Below are positions 63,001-64,000 of a stretch of 64,000 bases of DNA, piece after piece (the stretch's first letter is position 1; each line of letters opens with the position of its first letter). The notes under the pieces are model-generated. The model had not been told where the DNA came from, made no database searches, and saw only the letters and a program-made list of their open reading frames with translations. Position numbers and translations under genes: made by a program. The DNA is taken from the NCBI RefSeq assembly GCF_964213995.1, contig NW_027590224.1, positions 434,001 to 498,000 on the forward strand, read 5' to 3'. The stretch comes from Mustelus asterias. Lineage: Eukaryota.

Positions 63001-63510
63001 AGAGGGTCAGTACTGAGGGAGTGCCGCACTGTCAGAGGATCAGTCCAGAGGGAGTGCCCTACTGTCAGAGGGTCAGTACTCGGGTCTGCCGCATTTTCAG
63101 AGGGTCAGTACAGAGGGAGTGCCGCACTGTCAGAGAGTCAGTACTGAGGGAATGCTGCACTGTCAGAGGGTCAGCATTGAGGGAGTGCCGCACTGTCAGA
63201 GGGTCAGTACTGAGGCAGCGCCGCACTGTCAAAAGATCAGTACTTAGTGGGTACTGCACTGTCAGAGGGTCAGAGCTGAGGGAGTGCCGCACTGTGGGAA
63301 GGTCAGTGCTGAGGGAGTGCCGCACTGTCAGAGGGTCAGTACGGAGGGAGCACCGCACTGTCAGAGGGTCAGTACTGAGGGAGCGCCGCACTGTCAGGGG
63401 GTCAGTACTGAGGGAGGGCTGCACTGTGGTAGGGTCAGTACTGAGGGAGGGCTGCACTGTGGGAGGGTCAGTGCTGAGGGAGTGCTGCACTGTGGGAGGG
63501 TCAGTACTGA
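30085..63510 (+). repeat. ~33.4-kb tandem array of a 33-bp monomer (~1000 copies) with higher-order repeats
   Basis: Consensus gtcagagggtcagtactgagggagtgccgcact, plus 20-bp deletion variants; blocks recur at exactly 4830 bp (ORFs at 39933/44763/49593 and 40697/45527/50357). Confidence 0.98.
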
Positions 63511-63714
63511 CTGACTCTCCTGGTCTCTACTTTCTCTCCTTCCATGTCAGAAGTGAAGTTTCCCTGGAATGTGCACTTGGATCGAGACTGGAACAGTCTG
63601 GATATTGTGGAGAAAAGTGGAGGGGCTATTAACTTAGCAAGGGTTTCCCTTTAAAAAGGGTTTCCCTTTTTAGCAATGTGATATACAAGGAAACCTCGAA
63701 CAAAATGTTTTAAC

Positions 63715-63850
63715 TCATTTACAGGATGTGGTGTCACTGGCGAGTCCAGCATCTCTAATTGCCCCTTGAGAAGGTGGTGGGTGAACGCCTTCTTGAACCG
63801 CTGCAGTTATGAGGTGTAGCTACACACACTGTGCTGTTCGGGAAATTGGA
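63715..63850 (-). mobile_element. CR1/L2-group LINE 3' end
   Basis: Reverse complement of the 11620-11750 LINE end (ccccttgagaaggtggtg..ttgaacc.ctgca). Confidence 0.65.
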
Positions 63851-64000
63851 AATCAGGAGATACTTGGCAACATGGGGAGCCGTGTGGATTTTTAAGGCTG
63901 GGGATTCTTAACAGTAAATTGCTGAGAATCGGAATCTGTTGTCGAGAAGTATGAGACAGAGTCTTATTCACCATTAAAATAGAACAGAGCATGACGGGGA

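Noticed and set aside
30085-63510. CRISPR-like array
   Set aside because: Head-to-tail monomers with no unique spacers, no cas genes, vertebrate context.
30085-63510. Ig class-switch-like region (G-rich, AGTA/TACT and TGCA AID hotspots)
   Set aside because: The G-rich strand is the template strand of the adjacent gene, the opposite of R-loop-forming S regions. No Ig constant exons are present.
27900-63510. RAG recombination signals near the V exons or in the array (CACTGTG/CACAGT)
   Set aside because: Heptamer-like words lack correctly spaced nonamers. The V exons are complete (they include the G strand) and have ordinary splice donors.
30058-63632. Dozens of long Cys/His/Arg-rich ORFs (RVSTEGVPHCQ, RECRTVRGSVL, HSLSTDPLTVR repeats)
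   Set aside because: A 33-bp monomer is 11 codons and is stop-free in several frames. Frames switch at 20-bp variants and there is no domain signal. The same applies to the ORFs at 9265-9846.
63862-63875. ATG first exon for the Ig gene (ATGTTGCCAA|gtatct)
   Set aside because: The donor would be phase 1 and weak, whereas the leader exon needs phase 0.

Overview
Eukaryotic, repeat-rich vertebrate DNA. The V-SINE/HE1-type and DeuSINE-type SINEs and the CR1, Penelope, RTE and Tx1 remnants point to a cartilaginous fish (shark); this is recognised from memory, not by a search. 1-24 kb is mostly nested transposons: an old Gypsy element interrupted by a SINE and by a younger gag/protease-deleted Gypsy element (LTRs 2458-2753 and 5476-5806, 5-bp TSD AGGAG), many CR1 fragments, a Penelope element, two MITEs, and a CCAAT/GC-box promoter near 16 kb. 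The young Gypsy has no tRNA primer site. Instead it has a perfect 15-nt complement of its own LTR poly(A)-signal region. At 24.9-29.8 kb on the minus strand is an apparently intact spliced gene for a B7/butyrophilin-like type I membrane protein: signal exon, two tandem 345-nt IgV exons, TM exon and a short cytoplasmic exon, with no IgC domain. Its two V exons are almost identical in the framework but highly divergent in the C-C' and F-G regions. 30.1-63.5 kb is a ~33.4-kb array of a 33-bp monomer with a ~4.83-kb higher-order repeat. It probably lies in intron 1 of that gene, because the ATG exon is not found before it. A small copy of the same repeat at 9.4-9.9 kb is still attached to a DeuSINE head, suggesting the monomer's origin. 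The many ORFs in the array are artefacts of the 33-bp period.
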